Positions 24,561 through 34,230 of a stretch of DNA of 55,252 bases are shown piece after piece. Where the stretch lies: the NCBI GenBank assembly GCA_964626415.1, contig CAZVFH010000003.1, forward strand, positions 1 through 55,252, written 5' to 3'. This DNA is from an uncultured Candidatus Saccharibacteria bacterium. GTDB taxonomy: Bacteria > Patescibacteriota > UBA1384 > XYA2-FULL-43-10 > CAINNR01. A program made the position numbers and the translations under genes. A model generated the notes under the pieces. The model was not told where the DNA came from. It made no database searches and saw only the letters and a program-made list of their open reading frames with translations. Positions within the stretch are counted from its first letter, which is position 1; the number at the start of each line of letters is the position of its first letter.

Positions 24561-24690
24561 TACAATAAAGATAAATCAAAAATCAAAATTCAAAAATCAA
24601 AATGATTGTAAAATTCAAAATTCCAAACCATTTTTCATTTTGAATTGTAATTTTGATCTTTGCAATTTGCATTTTGAATTTTCTAGGAGG
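24561..24690 (+). other. imperfect low-complexity hairpin (AAATCAAAA / TTTTGAATT units), recX-ppsA intergenic region
   Basis: The A-rich left arm (AAATCAAAAATCAAAATTCAAAAATCAAAATG) faces the U/G-rich right arm (CATTTTGAATTGTAATTTTGATCTTTGCAATTTGCATTTTGAATTTT). Confidence 0.55.
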
Positions 24691-24694
24691 GGTT

Positions 24695-27025
24695 ATGTTA
24701 AAGAAAAAAACGCCAAAGTTTATTCTCTGGTTTAAAGATGTTGGCAAAGATGATATTGCGTGTGTTGGTGGCAAGGGTGCTAATCTTGGCGAACTTGTCA
24801 GGGCTGGTTTTCCAGTTCCAAACGGCTTCATTGTTACTGCCGACGCTTATTTTTATTTTCTTTTAAAAAGCGGCATCGGTCCGGCGATTTCAAAAGTCCT
24901 GAAAAATTTTGATCCTGAGGATTCAAAAAAGCTAAATTCGTTATCAAAAATTATCAAAAAACAAATTCTTGCGGCAAAAATTCCGAAAGAAATCGAGGAT
25001 CAAGTTCTTGCGAGCTATAAAGAACTCGGCGATGTTCTTGTTGCCGTTCGTTCTTCTGCTACTGCCGAAGATCTGCCGGAGGCGTCATTTGCCGGTCAAC
25101 AGGCGACATATCTAAATATTTCTGGTGGCAAAGAAGTCGTCGAAGCATTAAAGAAATGTTACGCCTCGCTTTTTGAAGCGCGAGCAATTTATTATCGAGC
25201 GACAAATAAATATGATCAGATGAAAGTCGGGCTTGCGGTCCCAATTCAGATGATGGTCCAATCGGAGAAATCCGGCGTAATGTTCACTGTTGATCCGGTC
25301 TCTGGTGATACCGAGAAGTTAATAATTGATGCCGGTTATGGTCTTGGCGAAGCAGTTGTTTCCGGTTCAATTACGCCAGATCGCTACATAATTGAAAAAT
25401 CATCTTTGAAAATTGTCGCAAAAGAGATAAATGAGCAGGAGTGGAAGATTGTCAAAAGCAACTCCGGCGGCGACCGCCATGTTTCAGTTCCGCAAGCGGA
25501 CAGAAAAGACCAAAAACTTTCCGACGCTGAAATTATTGATCTGGCAAAGATTGGCACAAAAATTGAACAACATTATAACTCACCGCAAGATATTGAGTTT
25601 GCGATTGAAAAGGGGAAAATTTATATCGTTCAGTCGAGACCGATCACAACTTTAAAAAATCAAAAATCAAAAATCAAAAATCAAAATGAAGGAACCGAAA
25701 CTATTGAAGAAGACAAGGCAGAAGTTTTGTTACGTGGGGCGGCGGCTTCGATGGGAATGGCAAGGGGACCAGTGAAAGTGATTCATTCTTATGAACAAAT
25801 TGATGAGGTCAAAGATGGTGATGTGCTTGTAACTGAAATGACAACGCCGGATTTTGTTCCGGCGATGAAAAGAGCGGTGGCGATTGTCACTGATACTGGC
25901 GGGAGAACTTGTCATGCAGCGATCGTCAGTCGAGAAATGGGAATTGCTTGCGTCGTTGGCACCGGCACGGCGACATCAAAATTAAAAACTGGTCAAGTTG
26001 TTACCGTTGACGGAGTGAAAGGTCTTGTTTATAAAGGGGCAATAAAAATAGATGGTGGGGGGTCGAAAGTGGGTGTTGGAGTAGAAAGGTCAGTCGGGGC
26101 AGTATTATCAGAGGAGATTCCGATTACCGGCACCAAGGTTTATTTAAATCTTGCTGAACCGGATTCTGCGGAAGAAGCGGCAAAACTCCCAGTCGACGGT
26201 GTCGGATTGCTTCGTGCCGAATTTATTATCGCCGAAATTGGCGAGCATCCAAGAGCGATGATTGCCGATGGCCGTGGCGCCGAGTTTACGGAAAAATTAT
26301 CACAAGGAATCGGCAAAATCGCCGGCGCCTTTTCGCCACGACCGGTAATTTACCGAGCAACCGATTTTAAAACCAACGAATACAAAAACTTAAAAGGCGG
26401 AGAAAAATACGAGGGTGAAGAAGGAAATCCAATGATTGGAATGCGCGGTGCACTGCGCTACATCACCGATCCTGAGGTTTTTAATCTTGAGCTTGAAGCG
26501 ATAAAGGTTGTCCGCAATAAAATGGATTTAACCAATTTACATTTGATGATTCCATTTATTCGCACAGTAGACGAAATGCGTAAAGTTATCGAGCTGGTTT
26601 CTGCTGCCGGATTAAGTCGTGGTCCAGATTTTAAGATTTGGATGATGGTTGAAGTGCCGTCTAATGTTATCCTTCTAGAGAAATTTCTTGATCTTGGGAT
26701 TGATGGTGTTTCGCTTGGAACAAACGATCTAACACAATTAACTTTGGGCGTTGATCGCGACAATCAAAATTTGGCCAAGGTTTTCGACGAGCGTGATGAA
26801 GCAGTCGAGCTCTCGGTTTCCTATGTCGTCAAAACCTGTAGAAAGCGGGGAGTCACCTCATCTGTTTGCGGTCAAGCTCCAAGCATTTTTCCTGAGTTTA
26901 CCGAACTAATGGTAAAAAACGGTGCGACTTCCGTTTCCGTTACCCCCGATGTTGCGATAAAAACAAGAAAAATTATCGCATCAGTTGAAAAACGGCTTCT
27001 TTTGCAGAACATTGTTAACCGATAA
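24695..27025 (+). CDS. ppsA: phosphoenolpyruvate synthase (pyruvate, water dikinase)
   Basis: Motif VGGKGANLGEL and the phosphohistidine motif GGRTCHAAIVSREMGI, with a C-terminal PEP-utilising TIM barrel. GGAGGGG SD before the ATG at 24695. Confidence 0.9.
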   Translation: MLKKKTPKFILWFKDVGKDDIACVGGKGANLGELVRAGFPVPNGFIVTADAYFYFLLKSGIGPAISKVLKNFDPEDSKKLNSLSKIIKKQILAAKIPKEIEDQVLASYKELGDVLVAVRSSATAEDLPEASFAGQQATYLNISGGKEVVEALKKCYASLFEARAIYYRATNKYDQMKVGLAVPIQMMVQSEKSGVMFTVDPVSGDTEKLIIDAGYGLGEAVVSGSITPDRYIIEKSSLKIVAKEINEQEWKIVKSNSGGDRHVSVPQADRKDQKLSDAEIIDLAKIGTKIEQHYNSPQDIEFAIEKGKIYIVQSRPITTLKNQKSKIKNQNEGTETIEEDKAEVLLRGAAASMGMARGPVKVIHSYEQIDEVKDGDVLVTEMTTPDFVPAMKRAVAIVTDTGGRTCHAAIVSREMGIACVVGTGTATSKLKTGQVVTVDGVKGLVYKGAIKIDGGGSKVGVGVERSVGAVLSEEIPITGTKVYLNLAEPDSAEEAAKLPVDGVGLLRAEFIIAEIGEHPRAMIADGRGAEFTEKLSQGIGKIAGAFSPRPVIYRATDFKTNEYKNLKGGEKYEGEEGNPMIGMRGALRYITDPEVFNLELEAIKVVRNKMDLTNLHLMIPFIRTVDEMRKVIELVSAAGLSRGPDFKIWMMVEVPSNVILLEKFLDLGIDGVSLGTNDLTQLTLGVDRDNQNLAKVFDERDEAVELSVSYVVKTCRKRGVTSSVCGQAPSIFPEFTELMVKNGATSVSVTPDVAIKTRKIIASVEKRLLLQNIVNR

Positions 27026-27074
27026 AAAATTAGATTTTTTTAATAAAAAGGATATAATTATTGTAAGTAAGTAG

Positions 27075-30000
27075 ATGAGGGGAATTATAAAATTTAGAAT
27101 CAAAAAGCCAAAATTGGCAGTTTTTGTGGTTGTATCTACAGCCGTAGTTTTGCTGTGGAGAAATATTTTTTCCTTTTTGAAGAGAAGATTTCGATTAGCT
27201 CTATTGTTAACAGAAAATAATAAGCAAGTAAGGGAAATAGTAAAAAGGATTAGACATTTATTTAGAAGATTCGCTCTAAAAGCGGCTGTTCTTTCGGCAC
27301 TAATAGGATTAATTTTTACTCTGACTATTCCACATATCAAGGCCGAATCATCGGCTTGGGATTTTGGCGTCTCTGGCGACTATACTTTTGACAGCAATCT
27401 GATCGAAGTTATATCAAATTCGGGGCGATTGAAAGATCAGCAATATGTGACCGATGCCAACACCGCCGGACTCTGGCATAACGATGAATCCTCTGGGCTT
27501 ACGGCAGACGATGCCTCGGCTAACGCTAATGACGCCACTCTTTGCGCTAACGGTTCGGTATTTTCAACGGGAAAGATCAACAACGCTCTCTCGCTTGACG
27601 GCAACGCTAGTTGCGCCAAAGTCAACGACTCGGCGTCTTTATCAATGTCAAGCGCTCTGACCCAAGAAGCGTTTGTCAAATTTAACAGCGCTTTTGACAA
27701 AACAAGCGGAAATCCTTTTACCGTCACTGACAAAGGGAATTACAAACTGTATTTTGACTCAACTGACGGCAAATTGAAATTTGAGCTTGATCCAAGCACG
27801 GCTAAAAGCTGGACAAAGCAGGGCGAAGGAGTCGGAAACAGCTGGCCGATTCAAAATCCGGGATCGGTTCGATCGCTTGTCGAGTACAGTTCGGCTCTTT
27901 ATGTTGGTTTGGAAGGAGCAGCCGGCGACGCCGAGATCTGGCGCTACAGCGGAAGCGGCACTAGTTGGACGAAAATCGGCGGCGACGGGCTTAACTCCAG
28001 TTGGGGCGATCAGATGTTTGAAAGCGTTACATCCTTGATCGTTAGGGGAACGAATATTCTCGCTGGTCTTGGAAGCACCACTAACGACGCCGAGGTTTGG
28101 AGCTGGAACGGCTCGGCCTGGACTAAAATCGGCGGCGATGGGCTCAACCAAAGCTGGAGTAGTAATGATCGGGTTTTTGCTTTTGCCAACATCGGTTCGA
28201 TCACTTATGCAGCGACCGGTTCAAATGGTGCCGGTGGCGCCAATGTTTATAGCTATGATGGTTCGATTTGGACATGGATCGGCGGCCAAGGGATTAATTC
28301 AAGTTGGGCTGCCACTACCTATGAACAGGCCTACAGCATTACCGCTTCGGCTACGACTTTGTATGTTGGGTTGGGCTTCAATACCGGAGAAGCCGAGGTT
28401 TGGAGCTGGAACGGTTCGTCTTGGACTAAAATTGCTGACGATGGTTTGGGCTTTTCCGCCGGCTACGAGATAGTCGCAAGTTTAGTGTATTCAGGAACTA
28501 CTCTTTATGCTGGGCTTAGCAACAACGCTGGTGATGCTGATGTTTATAGTTGGAATGGTACAACTTGGACACAAATTGGCGGCGACGCCCTTAATTCCAG
28601 CTGGACGGGAAGTTATGAGAGCGTCCAAGGACTAATTATGGTTAATTCGGTACTATACGCCGGTCTTGGAACCAACGCCGACGACGCCGAGGTTTGGAGC
28701 TGGAACGGCTCGGCCTGGACTAAAATCGGCGGCGACACCCTTAATTCCAGCTGGACTTACGGCAAGGAATCTGCTTGGCTCGGGTCGCTCGGCAACGATC
28801 TGATTGTCGGGACGGGAATCGAGTACTATGACTCCGAGGTCTGGCGCTACAGCGGAGGCGCTTGGAGCTGGATCGGTGGCAAGGACTATAATTCATGGGC
28901 GCCGTCTGTTTTAAGCTCGGTTTATTCACTGGCGATTAATGACGGCAAACTCTATGTTGGCTTTGGAGGAACAAATAAACAAGCAGTCGTTTGGCAGTAT
29001 GACGGCGCAAATTGGAGCCATGTCGGTGGCAATGTCAATTCCAGCTGGGATGAGTCAATAGAATATGTCTACTCACTGGCTTCGTACAATGGTAAGGTTT
29101 ATGCCGGACTGGGGAATGGCACCGGAGACGCCGATCTTTGGGAATTTAACGGCACAAATTCTTGGACCAAGGTCGGCGGCGACGCCGTCAATTCTAGCTG
29201 GGCGGCCTCAACTTTTGAAGATGTTCGCACTCTCCTCATTTATAAAGGCGAGATTTATGCCGGGCTGGGTTATAGCTCTAACGACGCCGAGGTTTGGAAA
29301 TATAATGGTTCAAGCTGGACCAAAGTTGGTGGCGATGGCGCTAATTCGAGCTGGAGCAACAATAGCGTCGAGGTAAATTCAATGACTTCCGACGGGCGTT
29401 ATATTTATGCCGGTGTTTCTGGGGATGGCACAAATAATGCCTCGGAAATCTGGCGTTGGGACAACTCAACTTGGACGCAGATCGGCGGCGATAGGATAAA
29501 CTCCAGCTGGGAACAGGGCAATGTGGCGCTGGTCAACTCATCGGCGACTTATGACGGCAACACCTATGTCGGTCTCGGTACATACGCCGGCATGGCAGAG
29601 GTTTGGAAATTTAATGGTTCGGCTTGGTCAATAGTCGGGGGCAACAATATAAACTCTTCTTGGGGGGTCAATACCTATGAAGGAGTTTACAGTTTGGCGG
29701 TCTACGGAACAAATCTCTATGCCGGTTTAGGTAGTGGCACTGATGACGCCGAGGTTTGGAGCTATAACGGTTCAACATGGACAAAAGTTGGTGGTGATGC
29801 CGTCAATTCCAGCTGGGCAGCATCAACTTATGAATATGTTTTTAGCATGGCGGTTTACGGCGCAAATCTTTACGCCGGATTAGGAGCTTCTACCAGCGAC
29901 GCCGAGGTCTGGAGCTGGAATGGCACGGCTTGGACAAAAGTTGGCGGGGATAGCGTCAATTCCAGTTGGGGAGCTGGTTATGAAATGGTTTACAGCTTAG

Positions 30001-33000
30001 CAGTTTTTGGCGCTAATTTATATGCCGGACTAGGGAATAGCACTGACGACGCCGAGGTCTGGAGCTTTAACGGCTCGGCTTGGACTAAAGTTGGTGGCGA
30101 CGGCGTTAATACGAGCTGGACAACCGGCTATGAAGCGGTTTATAGCCTGGCCGCCTCGGCTACTAATCTCTACGCCGGTCTTAGCAGCGACGCCGGCGAC
30201 GCCGAGGTCTGGAGCTTTAACGGCTCGGCTTGGACCAAAATCGGCGGCGACGGCTTAAATTCAAGCTGGGCCGATGCAACCTATGAAGAGGTTGATAGTT
30301 TAGCCGTTTCAGGATCAACTTTGTATGCTGGAATTGGACTCACTGCTGGTGACGGTGAGGTCTGGAGCTTTAACGGCTCGTCTTGGACTAAAATTGGCGG
30401 CGATAGCGTCAATTCGGGCTGGACAACCGGTTATGAATCCGCCAGAACACTGCTGGTTTCCGGCTCAACACTTTTTGCCGGACTGGGGAACACAATCCGT
30501 GACGCCGAGGTTTGGAGTTGGAACGGCTCGGCTTGGACCAAGGTCGGCGGGGATAATCTTAATTCAAGCTGGGGCGAGGCTCTTGAATATGTCTTTTCTT
30601 TGGCAATTTATCTTGGAGATCTCTACGCTGGATTCGGAAATAACGTCGGCGACGCCGAGGTTTGGAAATATAACGGCTCAAGCTGGAGCAAAATTGGCGG
30701 CGATGGTGTCAACTCTAGTTGGGGTGATCTGGAGTATGAGGCCGTTTACAGTTTAGTTGAATATAATGGTTTGCTCTACGCCGGATTGGGAGATTCCGCC
30801 GGCGATGGTGAGCTCTGGAGCTTTAACGGTACGAGCTGGACCCAAATTGGCGGGGATGGCATTAATTCAAGTTGGACAGGAACTTCCTATTACAGGGCTT
30901 ACTCGATGATTACTTATAATGGAAAACTTTATGCTGGTCTTGGTTCAACATCCGCTGGAACCGCCGCCGGAGAACTCTGGTCGTATGGCAATAACACGGT
31001 ACTTAGTTCAACTTCAACCAGCTGGTCTACCGGTTGGTATCATCTTGCCGCCACCTACGACGGCTCGACGGTTAAGCTTTATGTCAACGGGACTCTTGAC
31101 AATTCCGCATCAGCCACCTTAACCCTGTCTGATCTTTCTACCCCGCTTTATATCGGTACCGGTTTAGGGACGAATTCTACTTATTCCACAACCAATAACT
31201 TTATTGGTTTGGTAGACGAAGTGAGGGTATCGAACAGCGCAAGGACGACTTTTGTCACCAGTAAATACTCGACCTCCTCTCCAACTATTCGGCCGACTGC
31301 CACTCTGTCTTCAACCGGTGTTACACAGTGGAGCGGTTTTGCTTCAAATGAAACATTAAATGGTGGCACGATTAAATACCGTCTTTCAAACGACAACGCC
31401 GCCAGTTGGAAATATTGGAACGGCTCAAGCTGGGCAACCTCATCTTCTGTTTCAGAGTCAAACTTGACTGCCGATATTAACTCACAGATTACGACTTTTT
31501 CCGTAACGAGTAACGGTCTTCACTGGCAAGCCATTTTAATCAGCGATGGAGATCAGCTGGTCATTTTGAACAGCGTAACGATCTCTTTTACTATTGACAC
31601 TTCCGCTCCGGATTTACCCTCCACTTTGACAGCTAAAAATGAAACTGGTGGCTTAGTTGATTTAACCACTAATACTTGGTATAAATATCCGACCCCGGCT
31701 TTCTCATGGAATGTTCCCGATGATAATGCCGGACAAGGTGAACTTCCTTCGGGAATCGCCGGATATTATGTTTACTTCGGAACGGACGATACAGCCGACC
31801 CGTTGACCGCTGGAGCGTATCAAACCGGAACCTCATATTCTGCTTCAAATTTAATTACCGGTTCAACTTATTATCTCCTGATTAAAGTTAAGGACAACGC
31901 TTCAAATACAACAACAAATATCTGGTCGCCGTTTATTTACAAATATGATGGCACTGCTCCAACGGTTTCAGAGTTTATCAATGTTTCACCCGTTGGTTGT
32001 TCAATTTCCTCTACCTTCACTTTTACTTGGCTGGCAGGAGCGGACACCGGAGGATCTGGTCTCTCCGGCTATGAATATAAAGTCGGCTCAACAGGAACGG
32101 TCTTGGCAATTAACGATCTGACGGTTACTGTCGCGCCTTATCAGGAAGGAGATAATGTCTTTTACTTAAGAGCGAAAGATGTCGCCGGTAATACCTCTGG
32201 TTGGCAGACAAGCGTTTTCTGCTCAACAGGCGCGGCTCAAATAATTGACGGACCGACGGTTTCTTCCAATCCCTCGACAATTGTTGTAACTTGGATCTCG
32301 ACCAAGGAAACTACCTCCTTTGTCCAAGTTTACGAAGACAATACTTATATCTCTGAACAAGGGCACAATGAATACACCCTATCGCACTCCGTCAGAGTAG
32401 TCGGATTGCAGCCAGAGAGAAATTATCGCTATAAGTTGGTTTGGATTGATTCGACAAATAACATGGGGGAGAGTAATTGGTTCGAAACCAGTACTACCAA
32501 ATCACCCTCCTTCTCGAATGTGACAACCGAGCTTTTAAGTCCGCAGGATATCCTTGTCTCATGGGCAACAAGCAGATCGAGCCAATCAAAGATATTCTTT
32601 GGTGAAAATTCTCCGACTCAAGAAATTGCTATCGACGGTTATTCCACAACCTTCTCTAAAAAATTGACAAATCTAAAGGGCGGCACGACATATCTAATAA
32701 AATTAAAGGCAACAACTGAAGATAATTTTGAATTTCAATCAGATAACTACTCATTTTCTACTCCTCCTCTGCCGTTAATTTCCAGTGTAAGATTCGATGC
32801 GATTTCTGACCGAGCTGGAAGCGCGATGAGGATTACATGGACAACGAATATTGAGACAACTTCTTCCATTTATTTTGGACCTAAGGGAGAAAATAAAAAA
32901 GAAATTTCTTCAAGTGAGTTAAAAATTGAGCATGAAATGGAAATGGTTGACCTTGCTGATTCGACAATATACGAAGTTATTGTTAAGGGAACTGATAAAT

Positions 33001-33437
33001 TTGGGAATGTGACAACTTCCGACACTAATTCTTTTACCACCCCAATGGATACTCGCCCCCCGGTAATTTCAGGTATTATTATTGAAACTTCAAATGTCGG
33101 TCTCGACAAACAGGATAAAGCCCAGATCGTTGTAAGTTGGAAAACTGATGAACCGACTTCGAGTCAAATCGAATACGGAGAAGGTCTTTCTGAGGGAAAT
33201 TATACTCAAAAAACAGTTGAAGATAAAACAATGACTAATTCTCATCTAATAATTATCTCCGAATTAATTCCGGGTAAGCCATATCATTTTAGAGTCATTT
33301 CGTCTGATGGGGCCGGCAATGTAACCTTTTCAGAGGATCATGCTGTGATTCCTGGCGAAGTACCAAGCAGTGCTTTGCAGTTGATTTTAAATATCTTTCA
33401 GAAATTATTTGGTTGGATTGGACTAGGGAAAAACTAA
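27075..33437 (+). CDS. giant (2120 aa) N-terminally anchored surface protein: split LamG-like domain enclosing ~21 Kelch-like blades, then a conserved ~80-aa domain and ~6 FN3-like domains
   Basis: Two N-terminal hydrophobic segments. LamG-type signatures appear before the repeats (NALSLDGNASCAKV...FVKFNS) and after them (WYHLAATYDGSTVKLYVNG...FIGLVDEVRVSN). Repeat consensus is LYAGLG...DAEVWSWNGSAWTKIGGDGLNSSW. FN3-like segments carry W..S/T and Y.Y.V patterns. Confidence 0.85.
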   Translation: MRGIIKFRIKKPKLAVFVVVSTAVVLLWRNIFSFLKRRFRLALLLTENNKQVREIVKRIRHLFRRFALKAAVLSALIGLIFTLTIPHIKAESSAWDFGVSGDYTFDSNLIEVISNSGRLKDQQYVTDANTAGLWHNDESSGLTADDASANANDATLCANGSVFSTGKINNALSLDGNASCAKVNDSASLSMSSALTQEAFVKFNSAFDKTSGNPFTVTDKGNYKLYFDSTDGKLKFELDPSTAKSWTKQGEGVGNSWPIQNPGSVRSLVEYSSALYVGLEGAAGDAEIWRYSGSGTSWTKIGGDGLNSSWGDQMFESVTSLIVRGTNILAGLGSTTNDAEVWSWNGSAWTKIGGDGLNQSWSSNDRVFAFANIGSITYAATGSNGAGGANVYSYDGSIWTWIGGQGINSSWAATTYEQAYSITASATTLYVGLGFNTGEAEVWSWNGSSWTKIADDGLGFSAGYEIVASLVYSGTTLYAGLSNNAGDADVYSWNGTTWTQIGGDALNSSWTGSYESVQGLIMVNSVLYAGLGTNADDAEVWSWNGSAWTKIGGDTLNSSWTYGKESAWLGSLGNDLIVGTGIEYYDSEVWRYSGGAWSWIGGKDYNSWAPSVLSSVYSLAINDGKLYVGFGGTNKQAVVWQYDGANWSHVGGNVNSSWDESIEYVYSLASYNGKVYAGLGNGTGDADLWEFNGTNSWTKVGGDAVNSSWAASTFEDVRTLLIYKGEIYAGLGYSSNDAEVWKYNGSSWTKVGGDGANSSWSNNSVEVNSMTSDGRYIYAGVSGDGTNNASEIWRWDNSTWTQIGGDRINSSWEQGNVALVNSSATYDGNTYVGLGTYAGMAEVWKFNGSAWSIVGGNNINSSWGVNTYEGVYSLAVYGTNLYAGLGSGTDDAEVWSYNGSTWTKVGGDAVNSSWAASTYEYVFSMAVYGANLYAGLGASTSDAEVWSWNGTAWTKVGGDSVNSSWGAGYEMVYSLAVFGANLYAGLGNSTDDAEVWSFNGSAWTKVGGDGVNTSWTTGYEAVYSLAASATNLYAGLSSDAGDAEVWSFNGSAWTKIGGDGLNSSWADATYEEVDSLAVSGSTLYAGIGLTAGDGEVWSFNGSSWTKIGGDSVNSGWTTGYESARTLLVSGSTLFAGLGNTIRDAEVWSWNGSAWTKVGGDNLNSSWGEALEYVFSLAIYLGDLYAGFGNNVGDAEVWKYNGSSWSKIGGDGVNSSWGDLEYEAVYSLVEYNGLLYAGLGDSAGDGELWSFNGTSWTQIGGDGINSSWTGTSYYRAYSMITYNGKLYAGLGSTSAGTAAGELWSYGNNTVLSSTSTSWSTGWYHLAATYDGSTVKLYVNGTLDNSASATLTLSDLSTPLYIGTGLGTNSTYSTTNNFIGLVDEVRVSNSARTTFVTSKYSTSSPTIRPTATLSSTGVTQWSGFASNETLNGGTIKYRLSNDNAASWKYWNGSSWATSSSVSESNLTADINSQITTFSVTSNGLHWQAILISDGDQLVILNSVTISFTIDTSAPDLPSTLTAKNETGGLVDLTTNTWYKYPTPAFSWNVPDDNAGQGELPSGIAGYYVYFGTDDTADPLTAGAYQTGTSYSASNLITGSTYYLLIKVKDNASNTTTNIWSPFIYKYDGTAPTVSEFINVSPVGCSISSTFTFTWLAGADTGGSGLSGYEYKVGSTGTVLAINDLTVTVAPYQEGDNVFYLRAKDVAGNTSGWQTSVFCSTGAAQIIDGPTVSSNPSTIVVTWISTKETTSFVQVYEDNTYISEQGHNEYTLSHSVRVVGLQPERNYRYKLVWIDSTNNMGESNWFETSTTKSPSFSNVTTELLSPQDILVSWATSRSSQSKIFFGENSPTQEIAIDGYSTTFSKKLTNLKGGTTYLIKLKATTEDNFEFQSDNYSFSTPPLPLISSVRFDAISDRAGSAMRITWTTNIETTSSIYFGPKGENKKEISSSELKIEHEMEMVDLADSTIYEVIVKGTDKFGNVTTSDTNSFTTPMDTRPPVISGIIIETSNVGLDKQDKAQIVVSWKTDEPTSSQIEYGEGLSEGNYTQKTVEDKTMTNSHLIIISELIPGKPYHFRVISSDGAGNVTFSEDHAVIPGEVPSSALQLILNIFQKLFGWIGLGKN
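27830..30980 (+). repeat. tandem ~150-nt coding repeats (Kelch-like blades) inside the giant gene
   Basis: Near-identical strings such as GACGCCGAGGTTTGGAGCTGGAACGGCTCGGCCTGGACTAAAATCGGCGGCGA recur (for example near 28085 and 28685). About 21 units are present, and they are GGC-rich relative to the flanks. Confidence 0.85.
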
Positions 33438-33486
33438 CAACAATAATTTAATCCGTATTATTATATTATTTAGGCAGAATATGTGA

Positions 33487-34230
33487 ATGAAAATGGAACA
33501 AATGAGGGAAAACAAAGATGCTGAATTTGTTAAACCAGCACATGAAAGGATAATTAATGTCTCGGGTTTAAAAAAAGTATTTACAGTCGGAGATAATCTT
33601 GTTCATGGTTTAAGAGGCATTGATCTGGAGATCGACTCCACTGATTTTTTGGTCATTTTCGGTCCTTCCGGTTGCGGAAAATCAACCTTGCTAAACATCA
33701 TCTCCGGTAATGATACTCCGAGCGAAGGCAAGGTTGAAATTAGGGGAATGGATATTTTTAAACTAAATGAGGATGAAAGAGGCGTTTTCCGCTCTAAAAA
33801 GATGGGGTTAATCCATCAGTTGCCATACTGGATTAAGTCGCTATCTGTTTTGGAGAATGTGGCTTTGCCACTGATAATTGAAGGAGAAAAACCAAAATTT
33901 GCAAAGGAAAAAGCAATAAAAGTAATGGCTGAAATTAATATTACCAAGTTAGCAGTACAGCGGCCAACACAACTTTCTGGTGGGCAACAACAGAAAGTTG
34001 GTTTAGCCAGAGCATTGGTCTCTAATCCGTGGATACTGTTAGCCGATGAACCGACAGGAAATCTTGACAGCACATCCTCGGATGAAATGATGTCTTTGTT
34101 CGATATGCTAAACCGTAAGTATAAACGAACAATAATTATGGTCACTCACAACCAGGCATATTGGGAACTTGGTACCCGCTGTATTGAGATGTCTGACGGT
34201 TTAATCACAAAAGAAAATAAACATGGATAA
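33487..34230 (+). CDS. ABC transporter ATP-binding protein (MacB/LolD/FtsE-like)
   Basis: Walker A GPSGCGKST, signature LSGGQQQ and Walker B ILLADEPTGNLD. Confidence 0.9.
   Translation: MKMEQMRENKDAEFVKPAHERIINVSGLKKVFTVGDNLVHGLRGIDLEIDSTDFLVIFGPSGCGKSTLLNIISGNDTPSEGKVEIRGMDIFKLNEDERGVFRSKKMGLIHQLPYWIKSLSVLENVALPLIIEGEKPKFAKEKAIKVMAEINITKLAVQRPTQLSGGQQQKVGLARALVSNPWILLADEPTGNLDSTSSDEMMSLFDMLNRKYKRTIIMVTHNQAYWELGTRCIEMSDGLITKENKHG

Noticed and set aside
27830-30980. Possible CRISPR array (regular repeats); the heptamer arrays at 7520, 20622, 49435 and 50667 were also considered
   Set aside because: The 150-nt period lies inside one continuous ORF, with diverged repeats and no unique spacers. 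The heptamers are 7 nt long at 9-14-nt spacing in mixed orientation. No cas genes are present.
27437-31396. Numerous 60-143-aa alternative-frame and antisense ORFs inside the giant gene
   Set aside because: They are a consequence of GGC-rich tandem repeats that keep several frames open. The single 2120-aa frame shows a coherent domain and repeat structure.
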